12,264 nucleotides of DNA. Origin: a virus. Where the stretch lies: the UHGV virus genome UHGV-0079336; one strand, 5' to 3'. The notes below the pieces were generated by a model. The model searched no databases, was not told the DNA's origin, and worked only from the letters and a program-made list of their open reading frames with translations. Both the position numbers and the translations under genes were made by a program. Below are positions 1 to 7,368 of the stretch, piece after piece. Each line of letters starts with the position of its first letter. Position 1 is the first letter of the stretch.

Positions 1-72
1 TAATAATTTTTATTTAAAAGTTAATTTTAATAAACTTTTATTACTAAAAAACTACAAGAAAGGAATGATTTT

Positions 73-279
73 ATGGAATATAATAATTATAATGGATATC
101 AACCTTATGCTCCTTTTGACGGAAATAATATTGACCCTAACATTAGTGAACAAAATTTTTTCAATCCAGCCGTTCAATATGAGCAAGCCTACATGTATTA
201 TAGGTATTTATCACAACAAATGGAATATAAAATAAAATGCAAGGAATATGAAAATTTATATAAAAATGAATGTTTGTAA
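73..279 (+). CDS. hypothetical small protein (68 aa), Tyr/Asn-rich, in AT-rich cargo
   Basis: ATG at 73 with AGGAA at 61-65 (7-nt spacer). The DNA is extremely AT-rich, so a chance ORF is possible. No recognisable motif. Confidence 0.3.
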   Translation: MEYNNYNGYQPYAPFDGNNIDPNISEQNFFNPAVQYEQAYMYYRYLSQQMEYKIKCKEYENLYKNECL

Positions 280-502
280 TTGCATGTTTAATATGATGAC
301 CTCGTGTTGACTATTATAAATTATAGGTGTGTAAGATGTTTAAAGTAGATGAGGTGATTAATATCGATTTCTTACTATATATTCAAGCCCTGTGATTAAG
401 CGATGTATTGAATGCTTGTAGGAAGGTTGTATATTATATTGTGTTTAAAATTATGGTGCTACAATTGTTTATGGCGTTTTGCAATCATGCGAAAACCTAT
501 GA

Positions 503-532
503 TTGACAATTGTTACTGAGTCTTGTAAGAAT
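503..532 (+). promoter_or_regulatory. candidate sigma70 promoter upstream of NACHT gene
   Basis: TTGACA at 503-508, then TG-n-AAGAAT (524-532) at 18-bp spacing. Hexamer match only. Confidence 0.25.
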
Positions 533-986
533 GCACCACGTATTGGTTAATGAATGTGGTGAAAAAATGGATGAGTTTCTTGCGACTATTATTAATAGCA
601 CAGTAGGAAAAGCTGCGGAAAAAATAACAGAAGTATTGCTCTCTAAACCTTGGGCTAGGGACCTAGATGAAGGCAAGGTTATACTCGAACAATTAAATGA
701 TCCCCTCGGAAGAGAAAATTATTTAAGAAAGCATGTGCTACCATCTCTGAAAATGAGAACTTTGCACAACGCTGATTATGATATTTTTTTAGATGATATT
801 TATTATCCGTTAACTGTTGAGGTGGCATCTAATAAAGACAAGGTCGTTATAAAAGATGGGATCACTTTACCATTTCATGGTATTGTAAATATAGTCGGTA
901 TAGCAGGGCAAGGGAAAAGTACTATTTTACGCAAGTTGTTTAGCGAGGAAATAAAAAAATCAGAACGGATGCCTTTTTTTTATTGA
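510..986 (+). CDS. NACHT/STAND NTPase, N-terminal fragment with Walker A (frameshifted gene, part 1)
   Basis: Translation contains GIAGQGKST (P-loop). The frame ends at TGA 984-986 directly after a T8 run (974-981). True start is uncertain: TTG 510, ATG 531 or ATG 567 (GGTGA upstream). Confidence 0.7.
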   Translation: MLLSLVRMHHVLVNECGEKMDEFLATIINSTVGKAAEKITEVLLSKPWARDLDEGKVILEQLNDPLGRENYLRKHVLPSLKMRTLHNADYDIFLDDIYYPLTVEVASNKDKVVIKDGITLPFHGIVNIVGIAGQGKSTILRKLFSEEIKKSERMPFFY

Positions 987-996
987 ATTAAGAAGG

Positions 997-2463
997 GTGA
1001 AGAATGCAAATATTATTGCTTATCTGGCAGACATTCTTAATTCATTTGGTGTGGGGTGTTCAGAGGATAGCTTGAAAATATTACTGCAATCCCAAAGAGT
1101 CGTTTTAATGTTGGATGGATTTGATGAGGTTAAACATGAAGAGCGAACTATGATGATGAATGAAATAAAAAACATTCATTATCATTTTAACACACCAATT
1201 ATCGCAACAACGAGACCAAATACAGATATATGTTATACTACTGATGTGTATAATATTTTTATAGATAAGCTAAATATTTCTGATAAGATTTGTATTCTTC
1301 ATTCTTTATCGAAAAATGACAGATTCTCAAGTAGTGATGCCTCGTTTAAAGTCTTGGCGGATTTACTATGTGATAAAGAAGAACTTGAGGGAACTATTTG
1401 CAATCCAATTTTAGTTACTCTTTTGTATTATTGTTATCCTTATATGAATGATATTCCAAATAATATAATAGAGTTTTATCGAAGCCTCTTTGACACCTTA
1501 TATGCAAGGCATGATAAAATAAAAGTATATACGCGCGAGAAAAAATCAAACATTATTGGTGAAAAAGCTAAATTGTGTTTTTCAGCTATTTGCTATAACG
1601 CACTGATTGAGGAGAAATTTGAGTTTTGGGGAGAGGAGTTGCTTAGATATGCTGAAGATGCTATTGAAACAGAAGGTTATCTTAAAGAAGATGCATCAAA
1701 CTTTATAGATGATCTTATTGAGATAACTTGCCTTATCCAACCTGAGGGAAATAATAGGTATGTTTTTCTGCATAAATCAGTGCAAGAATTTTATGCTGCT
1801 TTTGCGGTAGCAAATTTACCGATTGAGTATAAAAAAGATATATACGAAAATCTTATGGTGGCTATTAAATGCTCTGAACAGTTAGATAACTTCATGTTGT
1901 TTTTACATTCACTAGATTCCAAAGCATTTATAGATGAAATCACAATAAAAGCTTCTCGTGATATGGGGGTTGTAGATGTCGCAAACATGACGAGAGAGAG
2001 AGTTGAGAATGTTTTTGACTCGGCACTAAGTAGAGTATTTATCAAAGGCAACTCTACATCGAATGACTCAGTGATTTCGCTTCATTACGACTTTGTATTA
2101 GGTTCGCTCTTAGGTATTGATATTCTACCTATAATGTCTGGAAAAGAACGAGTTCCTATGACAGAAATTGATTTGATTTTTGACGGCCTTTTTTCATGCA
2201 CGATGGATAAGGGTGAGTTAAACTTATACAAATTTGAAGTTAAAAAACAAAAAAATAATATTGATACTGATGTTCAGACTGATGATTATTTATTTCCCTT
2301 GGTGGATTATCTTAAGGTCAGGGGGGTTTATGGTTTGATGCTGGATACTTACCATCAGACAATTAAGGATTTTTATGATAGATATTATCAACCAGCTTAT
2401 GATTCGAATCTTCGAAGAACACTAGCAATGGGAAGAAATTTCAAGTTAAAGAAAAATAATTAA
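997..2463 (+). CDS. NACHT/STAND NTPase, C-terminal fragment with Walker B (frameshifted gene, part 2)
   Basis: Translation has VVLMLDGFDEV (Walker B hhhhDGhDE), IIATTRP, CNPILVTLL and FLHKSVQEFYAAF in the order typical of NACHT domains. The frame is +1 relative to part 1 and open back to 955. Confidence 0.75.
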   Translation: MKNANIIAYLADILNSFGVGCSEDSLKILLQSQRVVLMLDGFDEVKHEERTMMMNEIKNIHYHFNTPIIATTRPNTDICYTTDVYNIFIDKLNISDKICILHSLSKNDRFSSSDASFKVLADLLCDKEELEGTICNPILVTLLYYCYPYMNDIPNNIIEFYRSLFDTLYARHDKIKVYTREKKSNIIGEKAKLCFSAICYNALIEEKFEFWGEELLRYAEDAIETEGYLKEDASNFIDDLIEITCLIQPEGNNRYVFLHKSVQEFYAAFAVANLPIEYKKDIYENLMVAIKCSEQLDNFMLFLHSLDSKAFIDEITIKASRDMGVVDVANMTRERVENVFDSALSRVFIKGNSTSNDSVISLHYDFVLGSLLGIDILPIMSGKERVPMTEIDLIFDGLFSCTMDKGELNLYKFEVKKQKNNIDTDVQTDDYLFPLVDYLKVRGVYGLMLDTYHQTIKDFYDRYYQPAYDSNLRRTLAMGRNFKLKKNN

Positions 2464-2542
2464 ATTGATAGTTACAAAGAGACAGCTAATTATAAGTTTC
2501 TAACAGTTGAAAAATTAATTGTAAGTAGGCAATATTAATAAG

Positions 2543-2658
2543 CCGGAGCCTGAACAACTCCGGTGACTTCTGCGCTAAACGGGGACGTTTATGCGCACAT
2601 ACAATCCAACCTATCTTCTCCATTCACAGATGCAGAAATGCACCTACGCTTTTTTACA
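2543..2658 (+). repeat. structured ~115-bp element, copy 1 (three hairpins then T6); candidate small RNA or cis-regulatory RNA
   Basis: Hairpin 1 CCGGAG/CTCCGG (2543-2563). Hairpin 2 is a 10-bp stem with GGGA loop (2572-2596). Hairpin 3 is TGCA-GAAA-TGCA (2631-2642). T6 at 2650-2655. Possible promoter TTGAAA 2507-2512 with AATATT 2531-2536. Homologous to 4950-5066. Confidence 0.45.
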
Positions 2659-2897
2659 TTCGGTGTTTTACTTCGACAGCCAGAATTGGGAGTCTCTATT
2701 CGTCTGGCGGCTAAAGGTGATATGGAAATCGTTATGTTTTGGCCTGAGGTAGTTGTAACTGTTGTAGCAGCTATGGCTGTGATCATCATGGTGTCCATTT
2801 ACTGGGGTTGACGACATGATTTATCCGGCGCTATATTCTGTGCGTTGCCGCAAAATCGGCACACGGGATTGGCGTCCCGGGATACTACTCAACGCAT

Positions 2898-2918
2898 ACC
2901 GCGTTAAGCGGTTTTTTT
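2898..2918 (+). terminator. weak intrinsic terminator candidate
   Basis: ACCGC-GTTAA-GCGGT hairpin followed by T7 (2912-2918). Confidence 0.3.
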
Positions 2919-3018
2919 GTGCGCTAAGCACGGCTATGCCCAAATTATGGTGGGCTGTGTGAGGGCTTCTTCGGAAGCGCCGGGTTTGAGTAGCCGGTTA
3001 CGCCAACCTTACACAGTT

Positions 3019-3049
3019 CACCACCAGTCGATTGGCGTCGTTGGTGGTG
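3019..3049 (+). promoter_or_regulatory. 8-bp inverted repeat upstream of Bro-N gene (possible operator or RNA hairpin)
   Basis: CACCACCA (3019-3026) and TGGTGGTG (3042-3049) separated by 15 nt, about 25 nt before the start at 3075. Confidence 0.25.
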
Positions 3050-3074
3050 ATGGTTAACCTGATGAGGTGATACT

Positions 3075-3683
3075 ATGACTACTCAATTAGCATTCCACAA
3101 AACGACGTTTACCCCGATTTGCCACAATAACAGAATTTGGCTTACTGCCACTGAAGTTGGTTTAGCACTGGAATATGCGGACGATAAAGCAGTTCAGCGC
3201 ATTTACTCTCGGCACTCAGATGAATTCACAGATATGATGACAAGGGTGGTCAAAGTGACCACCCCTCGTGGAATGCAGGAGTCTCGAGTATTTAGCCTTC
3301 GCGGAGCCCATTTGATCGCCATGTTTGCTCGTACTCCTGTGGCCAAAGAATTCCGCCGCTGGGTGCTGGATATTCTCGATCGAGAAGTTCAACAATCACC
3401 AATCACAAAACAATTCACTGATAACGAACTTTGCACACTCGCCTGGTTATGGCGAGCAAGTGATACGATGTTAATCGCCTGCCAGAACGTTACTCCACTT
3501 CTTCAGGTTGCGGAGCACCGCGAAGCCGGTCGCTTTACTTCTATCAGTCAGGAATATCCCCTGATACTCAGCAAGGCGCGAGCAATCCTTGCCAGAGAAA
3601 CGGCGCATGTAAAATTCCAACCGTGGCAGGATGATAAGTGGAGCAGGGTATTGCCACATTTGCGTCAGGCTAGATTGCAATAG
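3075..3683 (+). CDS. Bro-N/AntA-like antirepressor family protein (202 aa)
   Basis: GAGGTGA RBS at 3064-3070. N-terminal region (…NNRIWLTATEVGLALEYADDKAVQRIYSRHSDEF…) resembles the Bro-N/antirepressor N-terminal domain pattern. Assignment from recalled family pattern only. Confidence 0.6.
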   Translation: MTTQLAFHKTTFTPICHNNRIWLTATEVGLALEYADDKAVQRIYSRHSDEFTDMMTRVVKVTTPRGMQESRVFSLRGAHLIAMFARTPVAKEFRRWVLDILDREVQQSPITKQFTDNELCTLAWLWRASDTMLIACQNVTPLLQVAEHREAGRFTSISQEYPLILSKARAILARETAHVKFQPWQDDKWSRVLPHLRQARLQ

Positions 3684-3845
3684 TTTTACATATTAGGCGC
3701 TGAATGGATGCAAGCAGGTAGCGCACTGGGCGGCAATGATTAAGGCTTCAGATAAGCCAAGTAAGCACTGAAGAAGTTCAATGTAATCAAATTCTCTTTA
3801 TGGTATTTTCGTTAGACCCCTCATGCACTTAGATGGAAATTTGAA

Positions 3846-4046
3846 ATGATGTATTCAGTGACTTTCGATGATACTGGACGAGTAGAAGATATTGAACTAG
3901 ATCGTGAGGTTAGAGCCGGAGATAGACTCTCTCTTAATATTGATGGTCTTGATGGTATTTATATAGTCATGACTGTTAGCGGCCCTATCTATGAAAATGT
4001 TTGTATGCCAATGAATATCCGGGTTCAAAAGTATTGGAAGCAATGA
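3846..4046 (+). CDS. hypothetical protein (66 aa)
   Basis: ATG with weak GGAAA upstream; acidic small protein; followed immediately by a strong hairpin. Confidence 0.4.
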   Translation: MMYSVTFDDTGRVEDIELDREVRAGDRLSLNIDGLDGIYIVMTVSGPIYENVCMPMNIRVQKYWKQ

Positions 4047-4051
4047 TGTAT

Positions 4052-4080
4052 AATCCCCTCAGATGCTCGAGGGGATTTTT
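4052..4080 (+). terminator. hairpin with T-run (terminator or attenuator); 3' arm overlaps the RBS of the next gene
   Basis: AATCCCCTC (4052-4060) pairs with GAGGGGATT (4069-4077) around an 8-nt loop; T5 at 4076-4080; ATG at 4081. Confidence 0.45.
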
Positions 4081-4308
4081 ATGTCAGACTGGAACATTGC
4101 AGCAAAACCGCAAAAGGAACGTGACAAGGTAAGCGTTGGCCTTGCGCTTTCAGGTGTAGCGTATAAAGAACGCCCGAACATGCCGGTTATAGCTAAACAG
4201 GTAGCTAGAGAACAACTTGGGCATCTCCGCGAGTACTTAATGGATCGCGTCCGTTATTACCGTAAGCAGAGCATCACCTTCCAAAAGCATCCGAACCACG
4301 CTACATAG
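4081..4308 (+). CDS. hypothetical protein (75 aa)
   Basis: ATG 4081 with GAGGGGA at 4069-4075. The tracked ORF start at 4063 lies in the hairpin loop and is less likely. Backbone-like GC. Confidence 0.5.
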   Translation: MSDWNIAAKPQKERDKVSVGLALSGVAYKERPNMPVIAKQVAREQLGHLREYLMDRVRYYRKQSITFQKHPNHAT

Positions 4309-4323
4309 AAATGGCAGACTTAA

Positions 4324-4911
4324 ATGCAAGAAAATGAAAAGCAAGAGCAGCATGAAACTGAACCTCAGGATTTAGATTTTCCAGCAGAATTTGACTCTCT
4401 GATTAATGCAAATGGAAAGATAACACCTGCATTGCTAACGGTAGTTAACCGGTATTTTTTATATTTTTCATTCTTTGAATCACTTCTTTTGGGGTGTTCT
4501 GGAAGTCAGGGGAAGAGTTCGAAATACGCAGCGAAATTGTTGGAATTCAAATTAGTTGATCTTGACGTTCTTAAGCGAACATACTTCTTTTTTGCAGACC
4601 GTTATCTGGCAGATGTAGTGAAGTTTGAAAACCTATGTGGTGATTTAGAGCATACATCGCAGAAGGCTAGGGATGAAAAAATTAAGGCCATGCAATTAAA
4701 GACAAACGACCCTGAAATTCAGTTAGGTGTTTGTATTTTTGTTTGTTTCAGGTTGCGAAACAACCTTTTTCATGGACCAAAATGGCGTTATTTGCTTGAT
4801 GGGCAAGAGGATTTGCTCTTAATTGCCGGAAATTTTATACATTCTATTCTATTACAGGTGCCTAGTAGAGATGGCTGGGAATTCAAGAATATTTTAACTT
4901 CTACTGATTAG
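4324..4911 (+). CDS. hypothetical AT-rich cargo protein (195 aa) with HEPN-like Rx4H motif; putative RNase/abortive-infection toxin
   Basis: ORF in an AT-rich island. Contains …CFRLRNNLFHGPKW… (R-N-x-x-x-H spacing as in HEPN RNases). Poor SD, so start is uncertain. Function is inferred from the motif only. Confidence 0.5.
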   Translation: MQENEKQEQHETEPQDLDFPAEFDSLINANGKITPALLTVVNRYFLYFSFFESLLLGCSGSQGKSSKYAAKLLEFKLVDLDVLKRTYFFFADRYLADVVKFENLCGDLEHTSQKARDEKIKAMQLKTNDPEIQLGVCIFVCFRLRNNLFHGPKWRYLLDGQEDLLLIAGNFIHSILLQVPSRDGWEFKNILTSTD

Positions 4912-4949
4912 CTTTGATTTTCCATAATCAACCCGCCATAATCATGTCA

Positions 4950-5066
4950 TCGGAGCCTGAACAACTCCGGTGACTTCTGCGCTTTGAGGGGACTCAAAGT
5001 GCAAACGACAATCAGAACACCTTTCAACCAGTCACAGATGCAGAAATGCACCTGCGATTTTTTGCA
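4950..5066 (+). repeat. structured ~115-bp element, copy 2; candidate small RNA or cis-regulatory RNA just upstream of ninB
   Basis: Hairpin 1 at 4950-4970. Hairpin 2 GCGCTTTGAG-GGGA-CTCAAAGTGC at 4979-5002. TGCA-GAAA-TGCA at 5039-5050. T6 at 5058-5063. Possible promoter TTGATT 4914-4919 with CATAAT 4937-4942. Confidence 0.45.
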
Positions 5067-5096
5067 TCCAACGTTTGACCTCTGCGGAGGTGAAGC

Positions 5097-5552
5097 GTGA
5101 ACCTCCCACAAGACGGCATCAAATTACATCGCGGTAACTTCACCGCTATCGGTAAGCAGATCCAGCCTTATCTGGAGGACGGAAAATGCTTTCGCATGGT
5201 GCTTAAACCGTGGCGCGAGAGACGCAGTCTTTCCCAGAATGCACTCAGCCACATGTGGTACAGCGAAATCAGTGAGTACCTCATCAGCAGGGGGAAATCG
5301 TTCGCTACTGCAGCATGGGTAAAAGATGCTCTCAAACACACATACCTCGGTTATGAAACCAAGGACCTGGTTGATGTCGTAACCGGCGAAATCACTACGA
5401 TCCAGTCGTTACGCCATACCTCCGATCTTGATACCGGAGAGATGTATGTCTTCCTGTGTAAGGTTGAAGCCTGGGCGATGAATATTGGCTGCCACCTGAC
5501 TATTCCGCAGAGCTGCGAGTTCCAGCTGCTGCGCGACAAGCAGGAGGCGTAA
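5097..5552 (+). CDS. ninB: NinB-family recombination protein (YbcN-like, 151 aa)
   Basis: GTG start with GGAGG at 5086-5090. Translation ([15 protein letters not shown]…[18 protein letters not shown]…) matches the DLP12 YbcN/NinB family as recalled. Confidence 0.9.
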   Translation: MNLPQDGIKLHRGNFTAIGKQIQPYLEDGKCFRMVLKPWRERRSLSQNALSHMWYSEISEYLISRGKSFATAAWVKDALKHTYLGYETKDLVDVVTGEITTIQSLRHTSDLDTGEMYVFLCKVEAWAMNIGCHLTIPQSCEFQLLRDKQEA

Positions 5553-5722
5553 TGGCTACACCGCTTATTCGGGTCATGAACGGACACATCTACAGAGTAC
5601 CAAATCGTCGTAAGCGTAAGCCTGAGCTGAAGCCATCCGAAATACCAACACTGCTAGGGTATACCGCCAGCCTGGTTGATAAAAAATGGTTGCGACTGGC
5701 AGCAAGGAGGAATCATGGCTGA
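5552..5722 (+). CDS. ninE: NinE-like small protein (56 aa)
   Basis: Not in the ORF track (<60 aa). ATG overlaps the ninB stop (TAATG); AGGAGG at 5542-5547. Translation [56 protein letters not shown]. Confidence 0.75.
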   Translation: MATPLIRVMNGHIYRVPNRRKRKPELKPSEIPTLLGYTASLVDKKWLRLAARRNHG

Positions 5723-6005
5723 TTTGAGAAAAGCAGCGCGTGGTCGGGAATGCCAGGTAAGAATCCCTGGCATATGTAATGGCAACCCTGAAACGTCTGT
5801 ACTGGCACATATCCGGCTGGCTGGATTGTGTGGCACCGGTACCAAACCGCCAGACCTGATTGCCACCATTGCATGTTCTGCCTGTCACGATGAGATCGAC
5901 CGTCGCACGCATTTTGTTGACGCTGGATATGCAAAAGAATGCGCGCTGGAAGGTATGGCGAGAACACAGGTTATCTGGCTGAAAGAGGGGGTTATTAACG
6001 CGTGA
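5715..6005 (+). CDS. ybcO: YbcO-like DUF1364 prophage protein (putative nuclease, 96 aa)
   Basis: ATG 5715 after AGGAGG (5705-5710); the tracked ORF start at 5676 is an N-terminal overextension. Translation [37 protein letters not shown]… with Cys/His-rich pattern. Confidence 0.85.
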   Translation: MADLRKAARGRECQVRIPGICNGNPETSVLAHIRLAGLCGTGTKPPDLIATIACSACHDEIDRRTHFVDAGYAKECALEGMARTQVIWLKEGVINA

Positions 6006-6364
6006 ATACCTACAGCATCACATTACCCTGGCCTCCGAGCAATAATCGCTATTACCGCCATAATCGCGGGCGCACGCACGTCAGCGCAGAGGGACAGGCA
6101 TACCGCGATAACGTCGCTCAAATCATTAAAAACGCAATGCTGGATATCGGCCTGGCTATGCCAGTGAAAATCCGCATTGAGTGTCACATGCCGGATCGCC
6201 GTCGCCGTGACCTGGATAATCTACAAAAGGCCGCTTTTGACGCACTCACCAAAGCAGGTTTCTGGTTGGATGATGCTCAGGTCGTTGATTATCGCGTTGT
6301 GAAGATGCCCGTTACCAAAGGTGGGAAGCTGGAGCTGACCATCACCGAACTGGGAGATGAATGA
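6002..6364 (+). CDS. rusA: RusA Holliday junction resolvase (120 aa)
   Basis: GTG start overlapping ybcO stop. Translation [37 protein letters not shown]… closely matches E. coli RusA as recalled. Confidence 0.92.
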   Translation: MNTYSITLPWPPSNNRYYRHNRGRTHVSAEGQAYRDNVAQIIKNAMLDIGLAMPVKIRIECHMPDRRRRDLDNLQKAAFDALTKAGFWLDDAQVVDYRVVKMPVTKGGKLELTITELGDE

Positions 6365-6501
6365 TGTTTGAGTCTTATATGGCAGAACGTCTTCGCCGCC
6401 GCTGGGTGCGCCTGCGCTTATATCGTTTTCCCGGTTCTGTTTTGACCGATTACCGAATACTGAAGAATTACGCCAAAACACTGAAAGGAGCTGCCGCATG
6501 A
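6361..6501 (+). CDS. ylcG: YlcG-like small prophage protein (46 aa)
   Basis: Not in ORF track. ATG-ATG start overlapping rusA stop; stop overlaps the ATG of the next gene (ATGA). Syntenic with DLP12 rusA-ylcG. Confidence 0.5.
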   Translation: MMFESYMAERLRRRWVRLRLYRFPGSVLTDYRILKNYAKTLKGAAA

Positions 6502-7187
6502 ATATCCAATATTTACAGTATGTTCGCGAGCAACTCATGGTGGCTACCGCTGATTTGAGCGGAGTAACGAAAGGCCAGCTTGAAGCCTGGCTGGAGCATG
6601 CTCAATTTGATACTGGTACATACAAACGAAAGAAGCCGCGCATTCTGGATGAGGTAACTGGCAGGATGATTACGCTGGATAATCCGCCGATTTCCGGTAA
6701 GCAGTCGTACGCAAAAGGTTCATCCATTGCACTGGTCAGCCAGGTTGAGTTCTCAACATCTTCATGGCGCCGCGCGGTTCTGTCTCTCGAAGAACATCAG
6801 AAAGCGTGGTTGCTGTGGAGTTACAGCGAAAGTGTTCGCTGGGAGCATCAGGTTGCCATAACGCAGTGGGCATGGAACGAGTTTAAAGCTCTGTTAGGTA
6901 CAAGAAAAATTGCCAGTAAGACACTGGAACGCTTAAAGAAGTTGATCTGGCTGGCGGCACAGGATGTGAAGAACGAGCTGGCAGGGCGTAAGACCTATGA
7001 ATACCAGGAGCTGGCATCACTGGTGGGAGTGACATCAAAAAACTGGTCTGAGACATTTACTGAACGCTGGGTTGCAATGAAGCACATTTTTCTACAGCTT
7101 GATAGCCAAGCTTTATTGCTTTTAACGAAAACACGTTCAAAACAAAAGACGACATTTTCACAGCAAAGTATTGCAAAACTGGATTAA
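6498..7187 (+). CDS. putative late-gene antiterminator Q-like protein (229 aa)
   Basis: AAGGAG RBS at 6485-6490. Lies between rusA/ylcG and a promoter-leader-terminator region preceding the lysis cassette, the canonical Q position. Family not verified by sequence. Confidence 0.5.
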   Translation: MNIQYLQYVREQLMVATADLSGVTKGQLEAWLEHAQFDTGTYKRKKPRILDEVTGRMITLDNPPISGKQSYAKGSSIALVSQVEFSTSSWRRAVLSLEEHQKAWLLWSYSESVRWEHQVAITQWAWNEFKALLGTRKIASKTLERLKKLIWLAAQDVKNELAGRKTYEYQELASLVGVTSKNWSETFTERWVAMKHIFLQLDSQALLLLTKTRSKQKTTFSQQSIAKLD

Positions 7188-7199
7188 AAAGCATATATT
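7171..7199 (+). promoter_or_regulatory. late promoter candidate (pR'-like), overlapping the Q stop codon
   Basis: TTGCAA (7171-7176), 17-bp spacer, TATATT (7194-7199). Confidence 0.5.
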
Positions 7200-7368
7200 T
7201 CGTGTAAATCTGATATTTTGCCAATGTTGTACGCACTGGCAGTAATCCAAATTCAAGCTCGAGGTTTAAAGCCTTGGGCTTTTCTGTTTCTGGGCGGTGA
7301 GTATCCTTCCGACGTACCCCAGCCAGGGTGTCTTCAGCTGTTGAGTTGATATTGCTTAACCCTCTGTT

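Noticed and set aside
974-986. Programmed ribosomal +1 frameshift (prfB-like) as the explanation for the split NACHT gene
   Set aside because: The slip would have to occur on UAU before UGA, and the shifted codon (AUU) is not cognate for tRNA-Tyr. Homopolymer length error, a genuine mutation or transcriptional slippage are more plausible, so it is reported as an interrupted gene.
73-2463. Small Tyr/Asn-rich ORF plus NACHT gene as an amyloid-signalling effector/NLR pair
   Set aside because: The N-terminus of the NACHT protein has no matching short amyloid-like motif, and the composition bias may simply reflect AT-rich codons. Kept only as a low-interest note.
2563-2811. ORF 2563-2811 (82 aa) with a hydrophobic C-terminus
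   Set aside because: Its GTG start lies inside hairpin 1 of the structured element, there is no RBS, and the N-terminal half is encoded by the conserved hairpins. More likely RNA element plus chance ORF, although a small membrane peptide cannot be fully excluded.
2543-5066. The two homologous elements as a CRISPR array or retron
   Set aside because: Only two copies, 2.4 kb apart, with protein-coding genes between them; the repeats are ~115 bp, not 28-37 bp; no cas genes or reverse transcriptase in the window.
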